A stretch of 64,000 bases of DNA from Felis catus (taxonomy: Eukaryota): NCBI RefSeq assembly GCF_018350175.1, contig NC_058368.1, positions 91,452,001-91,516,000 on the forward strand. Direction: 5' to 3'. The notes under the pieces were generated by a model. It had not been told where the DNA came from. It did no database searches and saw only the letters and a list, made by a program, of their open reading frames with translations. This document shows, piece after piece, positions 13,501 through 27,100 of the stretch (position 1 is its first letter; the number at the start of each line of letters is the position of its first letter). A program made the translations under genes and the position numbers.

Positions 13501-15439
13501 TTGGCCTCCTTTAGTAGCAGGATACTGAACCTCCCTTTAGTTTCCTGTCTGGGAATTTTTCTTCAGCTTTCCCTGTCACTCAGAGGCCTGATGAGACCCC
13601 ATTTTATCTTTGAAGTTAAGATGCTTGGTAATCACTTCTCTGGTACAGCAGAGGCCACCACTGCCTCACGCCGTCACCCCTGCTCTCCATCCTTCTTGGT
13701 GAAAGCCTTTCCCTACACACCAGCACTCAAGACTACCTTACTCTCTTGTTAACCTCAACTACTTTTCCTCCCAGCATTTTCCCTGTTTCCCTTCCTGTTT
13801 CAAGAAATTCATCCAAAGACTTTCATAACTCAACATTTTGTAATGAAAGGGTGAAACAATTTTCCTTAAGTTAGATTTTCCCTAAGGCTGAAGAGATTTA
13901 AGATTCAACACCTGTGCTTCTTTATCCTTGGAAAGAAAAGCAGCCCTAAAGTTGTGTGAAATCATTTCTTTGGAAAGCCAGAAACCCCTCCTGAAAGTCT
14001 GAAACTTCAGAAAAACCCCTTAGATCAGGCCCGAGTCTTCAGCCCCAGAGAGCTTCCGAGAACTACCCACCCCCTCTTCAGACGAAAAGCAAAGCACCCG
14101 CCCATCCAACCCTTTTTAAGAGGAGCTACTCCGCCCCCTTGTGCATGAGAACCACCTGAGACCTTACTAGAGTCTCTCCCCTCGCTGGTACACCAGGAGG
14201 TGGGAAGGACCACAGACGCCCTGCTCTCAGGTGCAGCTCATGGCCGAGTGCACCATGTTCCTCGGGGAGGGGGGGGGGGGAGGGGCGGGGTGGGCAGCAG
14301 ATCTCAGCCCAGGTGGTGCCTTGACAATCTCCCAGACAGCTCTCCGCGCCCGGACCCAGCCCAGGATGATTAAGCTGTAACCACAGGGACTGACCTTTCA
14401 AATGCCTTCCAGCTGATTCCATGGTTGAGTCAGGCCTGGGAAGCTTTTCGAAAGCTGAATTCCCTTACAGCCAGGATGGATGATTTTGCTGAGTTTATAG
14501 ACCAGGGACAGAGCTAGAGCTGGCCAGGAAGTTAAGTTGAACTGTCCCAGGCATTGGGGCAGGTGGAAGACAGAATACCAGTACTTACGTGTGAGGAGGC
14601 ATCAGGTGATGAATCTGGTGACAGGAAGGACCAGTTGGATGAATGGCACTGGTGGGCGATGGGCCATGAGCACCCCACCCAGGAGGAACAAAGGCCTCAC
14701 AGCAAAATTGTGCTCAAAAAAATTCAGGGATTGAGAGATGTGTAGCTGCAACCAAGATATCAGGAGGAAATTCAGCCTGACCTGAAGCTGTCAAGTGGAC
14801 ACGGAGTGAAGCATTTCCTGAAAAGACACAGAACACACACAGAGCACACTGAGGGAAATATAAGCTGGATCCCCCTTCAGTCTGTTGTCCATGGAAATCC
14901 CCTTAGCGCCTGGACTATTTTAATTCCCATATGGGAAAAAACAAGACAGTTAATGGCACATATGTATATTTAGAAGATAGGACAGCAATAATTTTTGCTT
15001 CAGAAGAGCTGTCGTTATGGTGATAAAAACAATCTAGGAACTGTTTCTGCATTTCTGCTTTGGAAACAGCCTGGAAGCAGCCACCATTTACACAAAGGGA
15101 GAGGCCCTGAACAGGGGTTACATTGAGGGTGATGCTGGGTGTGGGTGCCCTACGTGGAGCCCCACTGGGCACGGAAGTGAAAGGTGTCCTGAAGCTTGTA
15201 TTTATTTGCCTGCTGTATAACAAGGGCACTGACCTGGAGAGGGAAACCTGGTTTTTATTAGCCTCAGGGGGTGGGGGGCAGGGTGACATGGTCAGGTTTT
15301 AGTCTAACGTGGTCCCTTAGGCAATCAGGGTGGAGTGTATAGGACAGGCCTGGAGTGGGAAGCAGTGTCCCATTAGGGGATTCCCTGGGCATATGGCATC
15401 TGGAAATGGAGGTCTGAAATCTGTGGAAATGAAGAAAAA

Positions 15440-15844
15440 TGTTTTGTTTTTTTAAGTTTTATCTATTTATTTTTTATTTTACGGGTTTTTTTTTTAATGT
15501 TTATTTATTTTTGAGACAGAGAGAGACAGAGCATGAACGGAGGAGGGGCAGAGAGAGAGGGAGACACAGAATCGGAAGCAGGCTCCAGGCTATCAGCCCG
15601 GAGCCCGACGCGGGGCTCGAACTCACGGACCGTGAGATCGTGACCTGAGCTGAAGTCGGACGCTTAACCGACTGAGCCACCCAGGCGCCCCGTTTTATCT
15701 ACTTATTTTTATGTACTCTCTACACCCAATGTGGGGATCGATCTCAGAACCCCAAGATCTAGAGTCACATGCTTTGCTGACTGAGCCAGCTAGGCACCCC
15801 AGGAATGTGATTTTTTTAAGTTTATTTATTTATTTTGAGGGGAC

Positions 15845-15895
<51 letters not shown>

Positions 15896-16243
15896 CCCAA
15901 GCAGGCTCTATGCTGTCAGTGTAGAGCCCAACAGGTGTTTCAACCTCACCACCGTGAGATCATGACCTGAGCTGAAATCAAGAGTCAGACGCTTGGGGCG
16001 CCTGGGTGGTGCAGTCGGTTAAGCGTCCGACTTCAGCCAGGTCACAATCTCGCGGTCCGTGGGTTCGAGCCCCGCGTCAGGCTCTGGGCTGATGGCTCAG
16101 AGCCTGGAGCCTGTTTCAGATTCTGTGTCTCCCTCTCTCTCTGCCCCTCCCCCGTTCATGCTCTGTCTCTCTCTGTCCCAAAAATAAATAAACGTTGAAA
16201 AAAGAGTCAGACGCTTAACTGACTGAGCCACCCAGGCTCCCCT
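15440..16243. mobile_element. Cluster of four nested Can-SINEs
   Basis: A forward SINE at 15995-16201 sits inside a reverse SINE with TSD AAGAGTCAGACGCTT (15980-15994 and 16202-16216). A reverse SINE at ~15485-15691 sits in the tail of an older SINE. Confidence 0.9.
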
Positions 16244-17079
16244 TCCCATGGTATGGATCATCTTATGTTCTCTCCACCATCACATGTCCATCTGCAAGCT
16301 CCCCTCACCTCTCCCCTCCTGTGGCATGTTCAAATCTCAAGTTCATTCTCCTAGAAGAGGAAAGCTCTGACTCCCTCTCTCCTCACATCCAGAAACTCTT
16401 CTTTCAACCTAAGTCCTGCAAAGCAGATCCCATACCATCTCAATAATCTGTTCTCCCCCAACCCTCCAACATCACACAGAGTCCTTGTGCCAAACCCAAA
16501 GGACTTCCCTGACTCCTATGCCAACTCATGGAGGGGAGGGTGGCTCATCTGTAGGAATGTCACAGCCTCTCATTTTGCATTTGGGGACGTGGGGCCCAAA
16601 GACCCTTGGAATCACCACCCCCTTGATCTCTAACCTGGTCCCAGTTATTCAATCAAACTCCAGTCTAGGTGATCCAATTAGGAGTTTTTGCAGATGTAAT
16701 ACAAGTACTAAATTAGCCTATCTTCAGTCAGCCTGAAAAGAGTGTGTTGGCTGGATCTGACTCGATCACATCCAGGACCTTTAGGAGTGGTGGGACCTCC
16801 ATGGGTTCAGACTGTGCCAGGAGCAAGTCCATTTCTATATTAGGAGGCTTCCTGCTCTCCTGAATTCCAGCAGGGAATAAGAGTAAGGGCTGGTTGTCGG
16901 CCTGCCCAGGATGAGGCCCTGTGGCTGCAGCAAAACAAATGGAAGAACTCAGGAAAAAAACTGGAGGTAAGCTGGGAAGGGACCTGGGTCCTGTGTGTTT
17001 CTGGGAGGAAAGCGGGATTGTTAGACCTCATTTTCTGTCACAAGCATCAAATTGCCTGTCCTGCACACTTATCCCCCCT

Positions 17080-17280
17080 CTTTACAAATATTAGTTCATT
17101 TAATCCTCATTGCGAAGCAGATGGAAGGAAGGTGCTACTGCTGTCTCCACTCGACAAAGAAGGACACTGAGGCATGGCACTGTAACCACCTTGAGCAGCG
17201 ACCCACAGTTGTGATTTCTGAGCTGAGAGTGAGAACCCAGCACTGCAGCTTCTGAGTCCATGACCTTAACAGTTGTTCTG
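17080..17280 (-). mobile_element. MIR remnant
   Basis: TCATTTAATCCTCA..GGACACTGAGGCA..GAACCCAG core resembles MIR. Confidence 0.55.
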
Positions 17281-17299
17281 TGCTTGGTGTTCCCTGCTT

Positions 17300-18320
17300 G
17301 ATGGTCTCTCTCTCAAATTCCTGTTTTTAAAGGGATTGTGTATCTGCTTTGCTGTTTCATCTCTAGAATTCCATTTAGAACTTCCATACCTTCCTATTAT
17401 CTCCTAATGCTGCTTCCTCTCTGCGCTTGACACATTCTCCGTTCTCATGCCTGTTTCATATATATTCTTTCTCTACTAATGCAACCATCTGTATCATTTC
17501 TGAGTCTACTGATGGATGCTCTGCTCATGGTGATTTGTATTTCTGTTCTGTTGCGTGGCCGGTAATTCTAGGTAGGAGATGCTCGCACTGTGCATTTTGG
17601 GGTACTGGATATTCTGTGTTTCTTTAATGTTGGGCTTTGTTCTGGGATGCAGTGAAAGTACTGCAAAATGGTGCGATCCTTTTAAGGATTGTTCTGAGAT
17701 CTTTGTTGGGACCAAGACAGGCTTCAGTCTGTGGATAATTTGGCCCCACAGCTGAGGCAATACCCTTCTGAGCACTCTGTTTGAATCCCCTTGGGTTAAG
17801 GGGTCTTTCCACTCTGGCTGCTGGGGGCACAGATTCTCCCAAGCCCTGAGCAACCCCAGGGATTTTCCAGCCTGCTCCCTTTCATGGTTCTTACCAAGCC
17901 CAGGCATTCCCCTTCCACTCACAGGCTCATCTGTTCTTGGATGGGGGACTTCCCTATAGATCTCCAGAGCTCATGCCCTCTCTCTCCCTCTCTTTCCTTT
18001 CTCTATGTGTGTCTGTCTGTGTGTGTGTGTCTGTCTCTTCCTCTCCCTATGCAGCTTCCTTGTCCTGTACTTGCCACTGTGATTTCCAGCAATCTTCATG
18101 CCAAGTTCTCAACTTAGGATGCCCAGATTCTGTTGGGATTCCCTCTCCTTGCTCTGAGATCTGGAAACTCTGCAGGTTCTGAGCTGGGCTGTTACAGAAC
18201 TTGTTTTCTGCTTTCAGACCACTGTCCTATGCTTGTGTTGTCCATTGTGTAAAAACTGCCAGCTCAGGACTCCCCCTGGCTTTTTACTTGTTCAATGCAA
18301 GGGTGACAAAAAGGACCACT
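17300..18320 (-). mobile_element. Old L1M 5' region remnant
   Basis: T-rich sequence with CCTTCTGAGCACTCT..CTCTGGCTGCTGGG motifs typical of antisense old L1 5' ends (recall). Confidence 0.45.
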
Positions 18321-20799
18321 CTTTTTTTTTTTTTTTTTTTTTTTTTAATGCAAGGGAAGGGCAGAGAGAGAGGGGAGGGAGGATCCAATATGAGCTATGC
18401 ACTGACAGCAGAGAGCCCTACATGGGGCTTGAACTCACAAACCACGAGATCATGACCTGAGCTAAAGTCAGACGTTTAGCTGACTGAGCCACCCAGGTGC
18501 CCCTCTGCTCTATTTTGAAATAATTTCTTGGTTAATAGTTAGCAACTGATATTCTTCATGATTGTAGAATATATTTTTTCTAGATCAGTTCTTAGGAGTT
18601 GAGAATGATTTTCATTTTTAATTTTGTAATCATCTAATTATTGAATTGATCACACATAAGTAATGATCTCCCATATAAATATTCATCTTTTATTTTATTT
18701 TTAATTAGAAAGTGACTTCAGACTGACATTACTAGAAAATCCTGGGAAGTGGGGCACCTGGGTGGTTCAGTCAGTTAAGCATCTGACTTCAGCTCAGGTC
18801 AAGATCTCATGGTTTGTGAGTTCAAGACCTGAGTCGGGCTCTGTGCTGATAGCACAGATCCTCTGTCTACAGATCCTTCTGATCCTCTGTCTTGGGAAGT
18901 AAAGGAAGGGAAAACTCAGAGAGTGGGAAATCCCTCAGGTACAATGTTCTCACTCCTATGTATGTTTAGAGAAAACTTTCTATGCCACCTCCTTTATCTT
19001 CCTGAGCCTGATGTACTCACCCCAGACACCAGATGGAGGCAGCTCCAAGGATGACAGGGCATCTTGATGTCCTGGGACCACCCGCCCCTCCCCACAGGCA
19101 GTGAGTGGCCCCACTAGGGGTGGGATGTGAGCCCCCTCCCCCAGCAGAGCCCTCCCAGACAGTAAGTGAACCATCAAAGCCCTGCCAATATTCTCTGAAA
19201 TATAATTTATGGAAATGGAACAGCATCCGGACTCTCAGAAGCTTCCTGAGCTGCCTCGAGTGCATGGTGTGGGCATTAGCATACAGGTTGATGCTAAATC
19301 CCTGAGCTTCTCAGTTAAGGTTTTATATCCTCCATAACTGAATGGGCCTGTCACTGTAGAGGGAAAGTCTCTGAGAAACCTTCCAGTGTGCATGCAAATT
19401 GTGCCAAAGCACATCCACATTCCTCTCTCCTTTCCAGGCCTTAGAGTTGACCATGAGATTCAGGGTTTCTTACAAGAATGGGAGTCTCTTAAAAGTGAAG
19501 AAAAGTTGATGAAGAATCACATTGCATCAAAAGTGACAGCCCAATGTCCCTAGCATGGATGCACAGATAAGAGCTGGTGACAAGGTCTGCAGATGTTCCT
19601 ACATATGCAGGGTTTAGACTGGATTATTTGTGAGACCAACCAGAGTCCACGGAGGCAATCTTTGTCCTGCCCTTCACAGTACTGTGGGACACAGAAGGGA
19701 GAACACTGTCTTCTCAGGTTTGTCTCTTCTATATGCATCTTCAAGGTCCCTTAGTGAATGGCATCAGCTGGCTCAGCTGTCACACTGTCCTGAGGAGGAC
19801 AAAATGATGGGACCGGCCCCTGCCCACAGGTTCCCTCTGCACACAGGACAAAAGACTTGATGCTCTGAGTGTCCACCTGCTTCTCTCTCCTATTTGTTCC
19901 TCAATAATATGCCTAAAGCAGTGGGCTAAGGGGCTTTTCTCATGGACTTGTTCAGAGTGGACATGGCTCCCAGGTGTGGCCAGGTCATAAGCAAAGATTC
20001 AGGGAGAGGGTGGGTGATGTCCTCATTACTTTTCCATGAGCCTTTCTCTCTTTCTGGTTCTGACTGTGCAGATGCAGCTGACCTCCAGCCCCTGAGTTCC
20101 AGCCTAATGCCTTTGCCATCCCTGATCCCTATTAGGGGTACTGTGCCCCTCATACATGTATCTTGTGGGAGGATCCTCAGGTACCCACATGGGAGCCCTG
20201 GAACATGAACCTTTACAGTCAAGTCCATGCCTATGTCCTGCCTTTCTCCCTGCCTTTCTCCCAGCACGTATGGCAGCAGTGATTGGATCTGAATCAGCGT
20301 CAGAGGAGCCCCAAATTAAAGACAGTTAGAAACTAGATTCCAATTTTACTTTGAAAGACAATGGAATAGTGCAACACTATACATTCATGACTCCTTCCTT
20401 TCCCAGACCAATGTAATGAAAATAAAATGTCAAAATAAATGCATGACTGTGTACCTTGTCCCTTTCTCCCTTGTGCTTGGAACTTGGATGGGACCTGGAA
20501 TTATAGAGGCCAAGGGGCAGGAAGGGAGCTTGACATCCCAGTGATCCCCTCCAAGTTCTTTTCCATCATGTTTCCAGCATGGAGTCTCCTTTTCCATGAG
20601 GGGCACCTGGGATTCTCAGAACTGCTCGGTTCTGCCTTCATTTCCTAGCCATGTGACCACAGAACTTTGGTTTGTGTCTGAGCCTCAAGCTCCTCCCATT
20701 ATGATGGAGGCTGATGTTTCTTACTTCAGGAGACAGTTTGAGGATATCATAAACACACACATGGCATAACCACTGTGTACATGAAATTTATTTCCCCGC

Positions 20800-23700
20800 A
20801 TTTCTTGTGTTCCATTTTTTTAAGGGAAGCTTTGAGATCATTGTAGTTGCAGTTGTGACAGATAATAGAGAGAGGTCCCAGAGAGATCCCTCCTACCCCT
20901 TTATCAAGGTTTCCCCAATGGTACTATCTCAGAAAACCAAAGTACAATATCCTAACTGGGATGTTGACCTTGTCACAGACGGGATACGGGATCTTCATTA
21001 GGATGCTTCGTGTTGCCCTTTTATGGCCACACACGTGAGCCTCTCACACACGCTGCTTCCTTAACTCCTGGCATCTCCACTTCTATGTTTGTTATTTCAG
21101 GAATATTATATATATGGAATCATACACATGTAACCTTTTGGGGATTGGCTTTTTTCACTAGCCATAATCTCAAGATTCATTGAGATTTTTGCATGTATCA
21201 ACAGTTTGTTCCTTTTTATTGATGAGCAGTGCTCCACTGCATGGATGTACCAAAGTTCAACCATATGCACATTGAAGGACATCCAGTTGCTTCCAGTTTA
21301 GGGCCATTATGAATAAAACATATAGCTATAAACATTCAGTTACAGGCTTTTATGTAGACACAAGTCTTCTTGGGGGATAAATACCTAGGAATGCAACATC
21401 TAAGCGTATGGTTCTTTTTTTTAAAGAAACTCCCCAACTCTTCTCCAGGTGGCTGTATCATTTTATATTCCCACCAGCAATGTATGAGTGAATCCCTTTC
21501 TCTGCATCCTTGCCAGCATTTTGTGCTGTCCCTATTTATGTTTTAGTGCTTCTGATAGTCCATTAGTGAGTGGCATCAGTTGTCCCAGACCATGATAGTG
21601 TGACTTGAGTAGACTTAGCATGATGGGTCTGGCCTCTACCCATAGGTTTCTTCTGTACATCATCACAAAGTAGTGATGGCTCAAAAAAATAGTAGTGGTT
21701 TCAACTTGCAGTCCCAACCAGCTAATGATATTGAACATCTTTTCACGTGCTGATTTGCCATGTGTATATCCTCTTCAATGATATGTCAGTTCATGCTTAT
21801 TCCCCATTTTTTAACTGGATTGTTTGCTTTCACTCTTAGGAAATGAGTTCTTTATGTATGCTAGATACTAGTCTTCTTTGGAATATGCCTTATGCAAATA
21901 TTTTCTCCCTCTTTGTGGCTTGTCTCTTCATCCTTTTCAAATCAGCTTTCATAGAGCAAAAGGTTTTTTTTTAATTTTGACAAGGTCCAATTTACGAATT
22001 TTCTAATGAGTGGTGCTTTTGGTGTCAAATATAAAAACATCTTTTCCTAGCCCTAGATCTCAGCTGAGTATTTTCTCCTCTATTTTTCTAAAAGTTTTAT
22101 AGTTTTACATTTTACATTTAAGTCCATGATGCATTTGAGTTAAATTTTAATTGGGTGTGAGATTTGGGTCAGGGGCTCTATCTTTGTGCATACCTATGGA
22201 TGTCAGTTGCTTGAGCACCATTTTTTGAAGATCTTGTCATTTCTCTTACAGTATTGTCAAAAATTAAGTGGCCATATTTATATGGGTCTATTAATGTTCT
22301 CTGTATACTGTTCCATTGATCTACAGGCCTATCACTCGGTCTGTACTACATGGTCTTGAATTAGTACCAATTTATAATGAATTGTGAAATCCTGTGAACT
22401 AATTCTTTAATCTTCTTTGATTTTCAAACACTGAACCAGCTGTGCATCCCTGGAATACATCACTTGTTCATCATGTAATTCTTTTTACCCATCACTGATT
22501 TATATATAGCAATGGTTTGTTTGTTTGTTTGTTTGTTTGTTTGTTTGTTTTAAGAGTTGAGTGTGCACGAGCAGGGAGGGGCAGAGAAAGAGAGGGAGAG
22601 AGAATCCCAAGCAGGCTCTGTGCTGTCGATCCCACAAACCATGAGATCATGACCTGGGCCAAAATCAAGAATTGGACATTTAACTGACTGAGCCACCCAG
22701 GCACCCCAGCAATAATTTGTTAATGGCAAGTATTCCCTCCTCTTTTATTTCATAGAAGATACTGTGTAGAATTGCTGTTAACTCTTGAAATGCTTCACAG
22801 AATTCTCCAGCGAAACCATCTGACCCTGGTCATTTCTTTGTCTTTATAATTATTTTTTTTAATTTAAAATTATGATATTGAGTGATTCATGATAATCTGG
22901 AGATTTGTTTTGTTTTTTGGGTTTTTTAAGGAATTAGTCCATTTCTTGTAAATTGTCAAGTTTTTTTTTAAATTTTTTTTTTCAACGTTTTATTTTTGGG
23001 ACAGAGAGAGACAGAGCATGAATGGGGGAGGGGCAGAGAGAGAGGGAGACACAGAATCGGAAACAGGCTCCAGGCTCTGAGCCATCAGCCCAGAGTCTGA
23101 CGCGGGGCTCGAACTCACGGACTGCGAGATCGTGACCTGGCTGAAGTCGGACGCTTAACCGACTGCGCCACCCAGGCGCCCCATAAATTGTCAAGTTTTA
23201 TGTGGATAGAATTGTCCAGAGTATTCCCTTATTATCTTTCTGATGTCTCTGTAATCTGTACTGATACCCTTGTTTTATTCCTGCAATGGATAATTGTCCC
23301 TTTTTTCTTAATCAGCTTTGCTCAATGTTTGTCTATTTTATTGATCTTTGAAAGAATCCGTTTTTTATTACATGGACTTTATTGGGGGTTTTTTTGTTTG
23401 TTTTTAATTTTGTTTCTGCTCTTATCATTATCTTTTCCTTCTGCTTCCTTTGGGTTCCATCTGCTCTTCTTATTCTAGATTCTTGAAGTGATAGATGATC
23501 ACTTGGAGAATTTTCCTTTTCTCTAATGAGTACTTTAGTGCCACAAATTTCCTTTTCACCACTGCTGTAGCTGTGCTTCACAAATGTTGATATGTTGTAT
23601 TTTATTTTTATTTCATGTAATTTCTACTTCCCTTGAGACTTATTCTTTGACCTGTGGTTTATTTACAAATGTGTTTTTTAATTTCCCAGAGCTGGATATA

Positions 23701-24190
23701 TATTTTTTAATTTTTATTTATTTTTGAGACAGAGACAGAGTGCGAGCAGGGGAGGGGCAGAAAGAGGGAGACACAGAATCCGAAGCAGCCTCCAGGCTCT
23801 GAGCTGTCAGCACAGAGCCTGACGCGGGGCACGAACTCACGGACTGTGAGATCATGACCTGAGCTGATGTTGGATGCTTAACCAACTGAGCCACACAGGC
23901 GCCCCGCTGGAGATTTTTATGTTGTCTGTTACTGATTTCTAGTTTGATTCCACAGAGGTTAGAGAACACACTGTAAATATGATTCAATTTTTTAAATGTG
24001 TTGAGGTTTGTTTTATGGCCCAGGAGATGGTCTGTGTGTTCTGTGGGCATTTGAAAAGAATGTCTATCCTGTTGTTGTTGGTTGAAGTATTCTGTGAATG
24101 TTGATAGGATCCCATTGGTTGATGAGGTTGTGTGTTACCTTGTCACAGAATTTGATTGTAAATGGTGTCCATGTCTGTTTGGCTTTACCT
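20800..24190 (-). mobile_element. Old L1 (L1MC-like) 3' end and ORF2 remnant interrupted by SINEs
   Basis: Antisense L1 hallmarks: TTCCCACCAGCAATGTATGAG, CATCCTTGCCAGCATTT, CCCTGGAATA..CACTTG.TCAT. Confidence 0.75.
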
Positions 24191-27100
24191 TTTTTAAAGT
24201 TTGTTTGTTTGTTTGTTTGTTTGTTTTGAGGGGGGAGGTGCAGAGAGAGAGGGAGAGAGAGAATCCCAAGCAGGCTCCTCACTATCAGCACAGAGCCCCT
24301 CATGAGGCTCAAGCTCTTGAACTGTGAGATCATGATCTGTGCTGAGATAAAGAGTCAGACGCTTAACCGACTGAAAAACCCAGGTGCCCCTGTTTGGTTT
24401 TACTTTCTAGCTGTTCTGTTTTTAGGTGGGAAATTGGAACAATTCAAAAGCTATGCCACTGCTGCCATCTTCCCAGAATACCCCTGGGCAGTGTTAATTT
24501 CCATTTATATTATCATCGGCTTCTTTTTGTATGTTAGAGGGCCATTTATACCTATCTTTCTGATCAAGTCTTCATCCCTTTTTCTTTAGGTTAGTCTTTT
24601 TCTTAATTTTCTTGATATTTAGAGAGCAGCAGTTTTTTGAAAAATTAACTGAAGATATTTTTTCTCAGTCTGTTGTCTTTTAATTCTACATATGGGTAGT
24701 TTTTCCTAAACATAAATATCTTATTTTTTATGCAGTTGAGTTTATCAGTGTTTTCTTATTTGGCTTCTTAAAGTATTTCAATATTTATTTTTAAAAAATT
24801 GTTTAACGTTTATTTATTTTTGAGAGACAGAGAGCACAAGCGAGGGAGGAGCACAAAGAGAGGAAGACAGAATCCAAAGCAGATTCCAGGCTCTGAGCTG
24901 TCAGCACAGAGCCCAATGTGGGGCTCAAACTCACGAACTGCAAGATCATGACCTGAGCTGAAGTTGGAGGCTTAACCGAGACACCCAGGCACCCCTTTCA
25001 ATATTTATTTTAAACAAGAAGATTCTATTTAAAAAGAAACATAGGGGTGCCTGGGTGGTTCAGTAGGTTGAGGGTCTGACTTCAGCTCAGGTCACGATCT
25101 CGTCGTTGACGAGTTTGAGCCTTGTGTCAGGCTCTGTGCTGGCAGCTCAGAGCCTGGAGCCTGCTTCAGATTCTGTGCCTCCCTCTGTCTCTGCCCCTCC
25201 CCTGCTCATGCTCTGTCTCTCTATGTCTCAAAAATAAATAAACATTAAAAAAAAAAAGAAACATGGCCACAATACCATGTCACACCTAAAAGAAATGGAC
25301 AGTTACTCCTTCATTTCCTCAATTGTCAAGTCAATGATCAAATTTTCCACTGTCTCATCAATATGTTTTATTTTCACATCTTGCCTGTGGGGATCACATA
25401 TCCCTTCAGCTACTTTTAATCTAAAGGGTTCCCTCTCATAATGGGCACAGAAATACTAATGCATAATATAAAAGCACAATTGTGGGGGCTTCTGGGTGGT
25501 CCAGTTGGTTAAGCGTCAGACTCTTGATTTCAGCTCAAGTCACGATCTCACAGTTTGTGAGATCAAGTCCCACACAGGACTCAGTGCTGGTAGCATGGAG
25601 GCTGCCTGGGATTCTCTGTCTCCCTCTCTCTGTCCCTCCCCAGCTTGCTTGTTCTCTTTCTCCCTCAAAATAAATAAATAAATGACTATTTTAAAAATAA
25701 TAAATAAAAGCACAATTGTGGTGCATTAATAGGAAAATGTCAGGATGGGGAAAAACTGAAGGATATGATTAGATTTTTTAATGTTTATTTATTTTTGAGA
25801 GAGACAGAGAGACAGAGTGCAAGTGGGTGAGGGGCAGAGAGAGAGGGAGACACAGACTCTGAAGCAGGCTCCAGGCTCCAAAATCTCAGCACAGAGCCCG
25901 ACACGGGCTCAAACCCATAAACCACGAGATCATGACCTGAGCCAAAGTCAGACACTTAAACCAACTGAGCCACCCAAGTGCCTCAAAACTGAAAGATATG
26001 TTTAAAATAAACTCACCATTTAAAAATGGGAGGAGAGCTGTGACCAGAAATATCAATCATTTTCAGTTGTTAGGGAGGCCATCAACCAGTTCCCACTTAC
26101 TGAACACTAGTGGATGGATCATTGGGACTATCTGCAATTTTAGGTTACACTTTAATTTTTTATGGATGTGGACAATATAAATCCTGTGGGAGCAAGCAAA
26201 TCTAACCTACACTCTAACCAAGCAGTCAAATCATCCAAGCAAAATAAGTGGCCCATTCAGGTGGTCTCCATATTACAATAATTTCCATTCAATAAATGCT
26301 TTTTGAGCAACCTCCCCATGACTTGTACTGTGTCAGGTGAAGTGGATCATGGGAAAGGATTTGTTGCACATTCCTTTCCTTCCTCCTATAAATGTTAATA
26401 AACTTGCTAGCCAAGATTTCTAACATAAAACTAGATTAGAGACATGGACTTCAGAGAGCGGTCAGGAATGGTAATTAGTCTGTGCTGTATATCCACCATC
26501 TAGCATAATGCCTAGCACACAGTAGGGACTCAGTAAACATTTGTTAAATGTCTTGAAGAGTGGATAGATGAATGTCTGTGGCAGGGACTTGAACCTTCAA
26601 ATCCTAACATTTGCAGGCAACCCTAGCCTTCACTTTCTTTCCTAAAAACTCAAAGTACTCTGCAAATATTTTGTCAAACAATTTGATCTATACAGACAAT
26701 TTTCCTAATTTTGTTTAGTTGTCTATCTGTGCTCTCTCTTCATTCACTGAGCATCCTTAGGACAACTATTTTGACTTCCCTGACTGGTAACTCATGTGTT
26801 TCCATTTCTTTGGGGTTGGTTTCTGGAGATTTAATTTGTTCCATTGGAGAGGCCAGGTTTCCCTGTTTTGGGGGTGGTGGGAGGGCAGACTAAGCATTTG
26901 AAAAATCAGACCTCTCTCCCAGTCTTTGTGGTATGGTTTCATGCTGTGAGTGCCTTCTCCAACCAGCCCAGCTAGAGATTCCAGAGCCCTCTCAAGCCTT
27001 TCCTAGGTATGTCATGTAATTGAATTCATTTGCCAGCTTCTACTCAGGAGCTCCGTCTGGTGTCCGTCCGCGATACTGCGGGCTCCCCTTTGCTATAGTG

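Larger units (their letters stand above)
14150..20780. repeat. Third, disrupted B-type array copy (blocks ~14150-14800 and ~19500-20780) split by later insertions
   Basis: GCAGCTCATG anchor at 4411, 10096 and 14233. Block 20130-20720 aligns by eye with 5150-5700 and 10900-11500 (ATGGGAGCCCTG, CCAAGG..CAGG and G.GCCTCA motifs). Confidence 0.6.

Noticed and set aside
14264..14295. G-runs able to form G-quadruplexes (also 10523-10555)
   Set aside because: Homopolymer expansions not conserved between array units.
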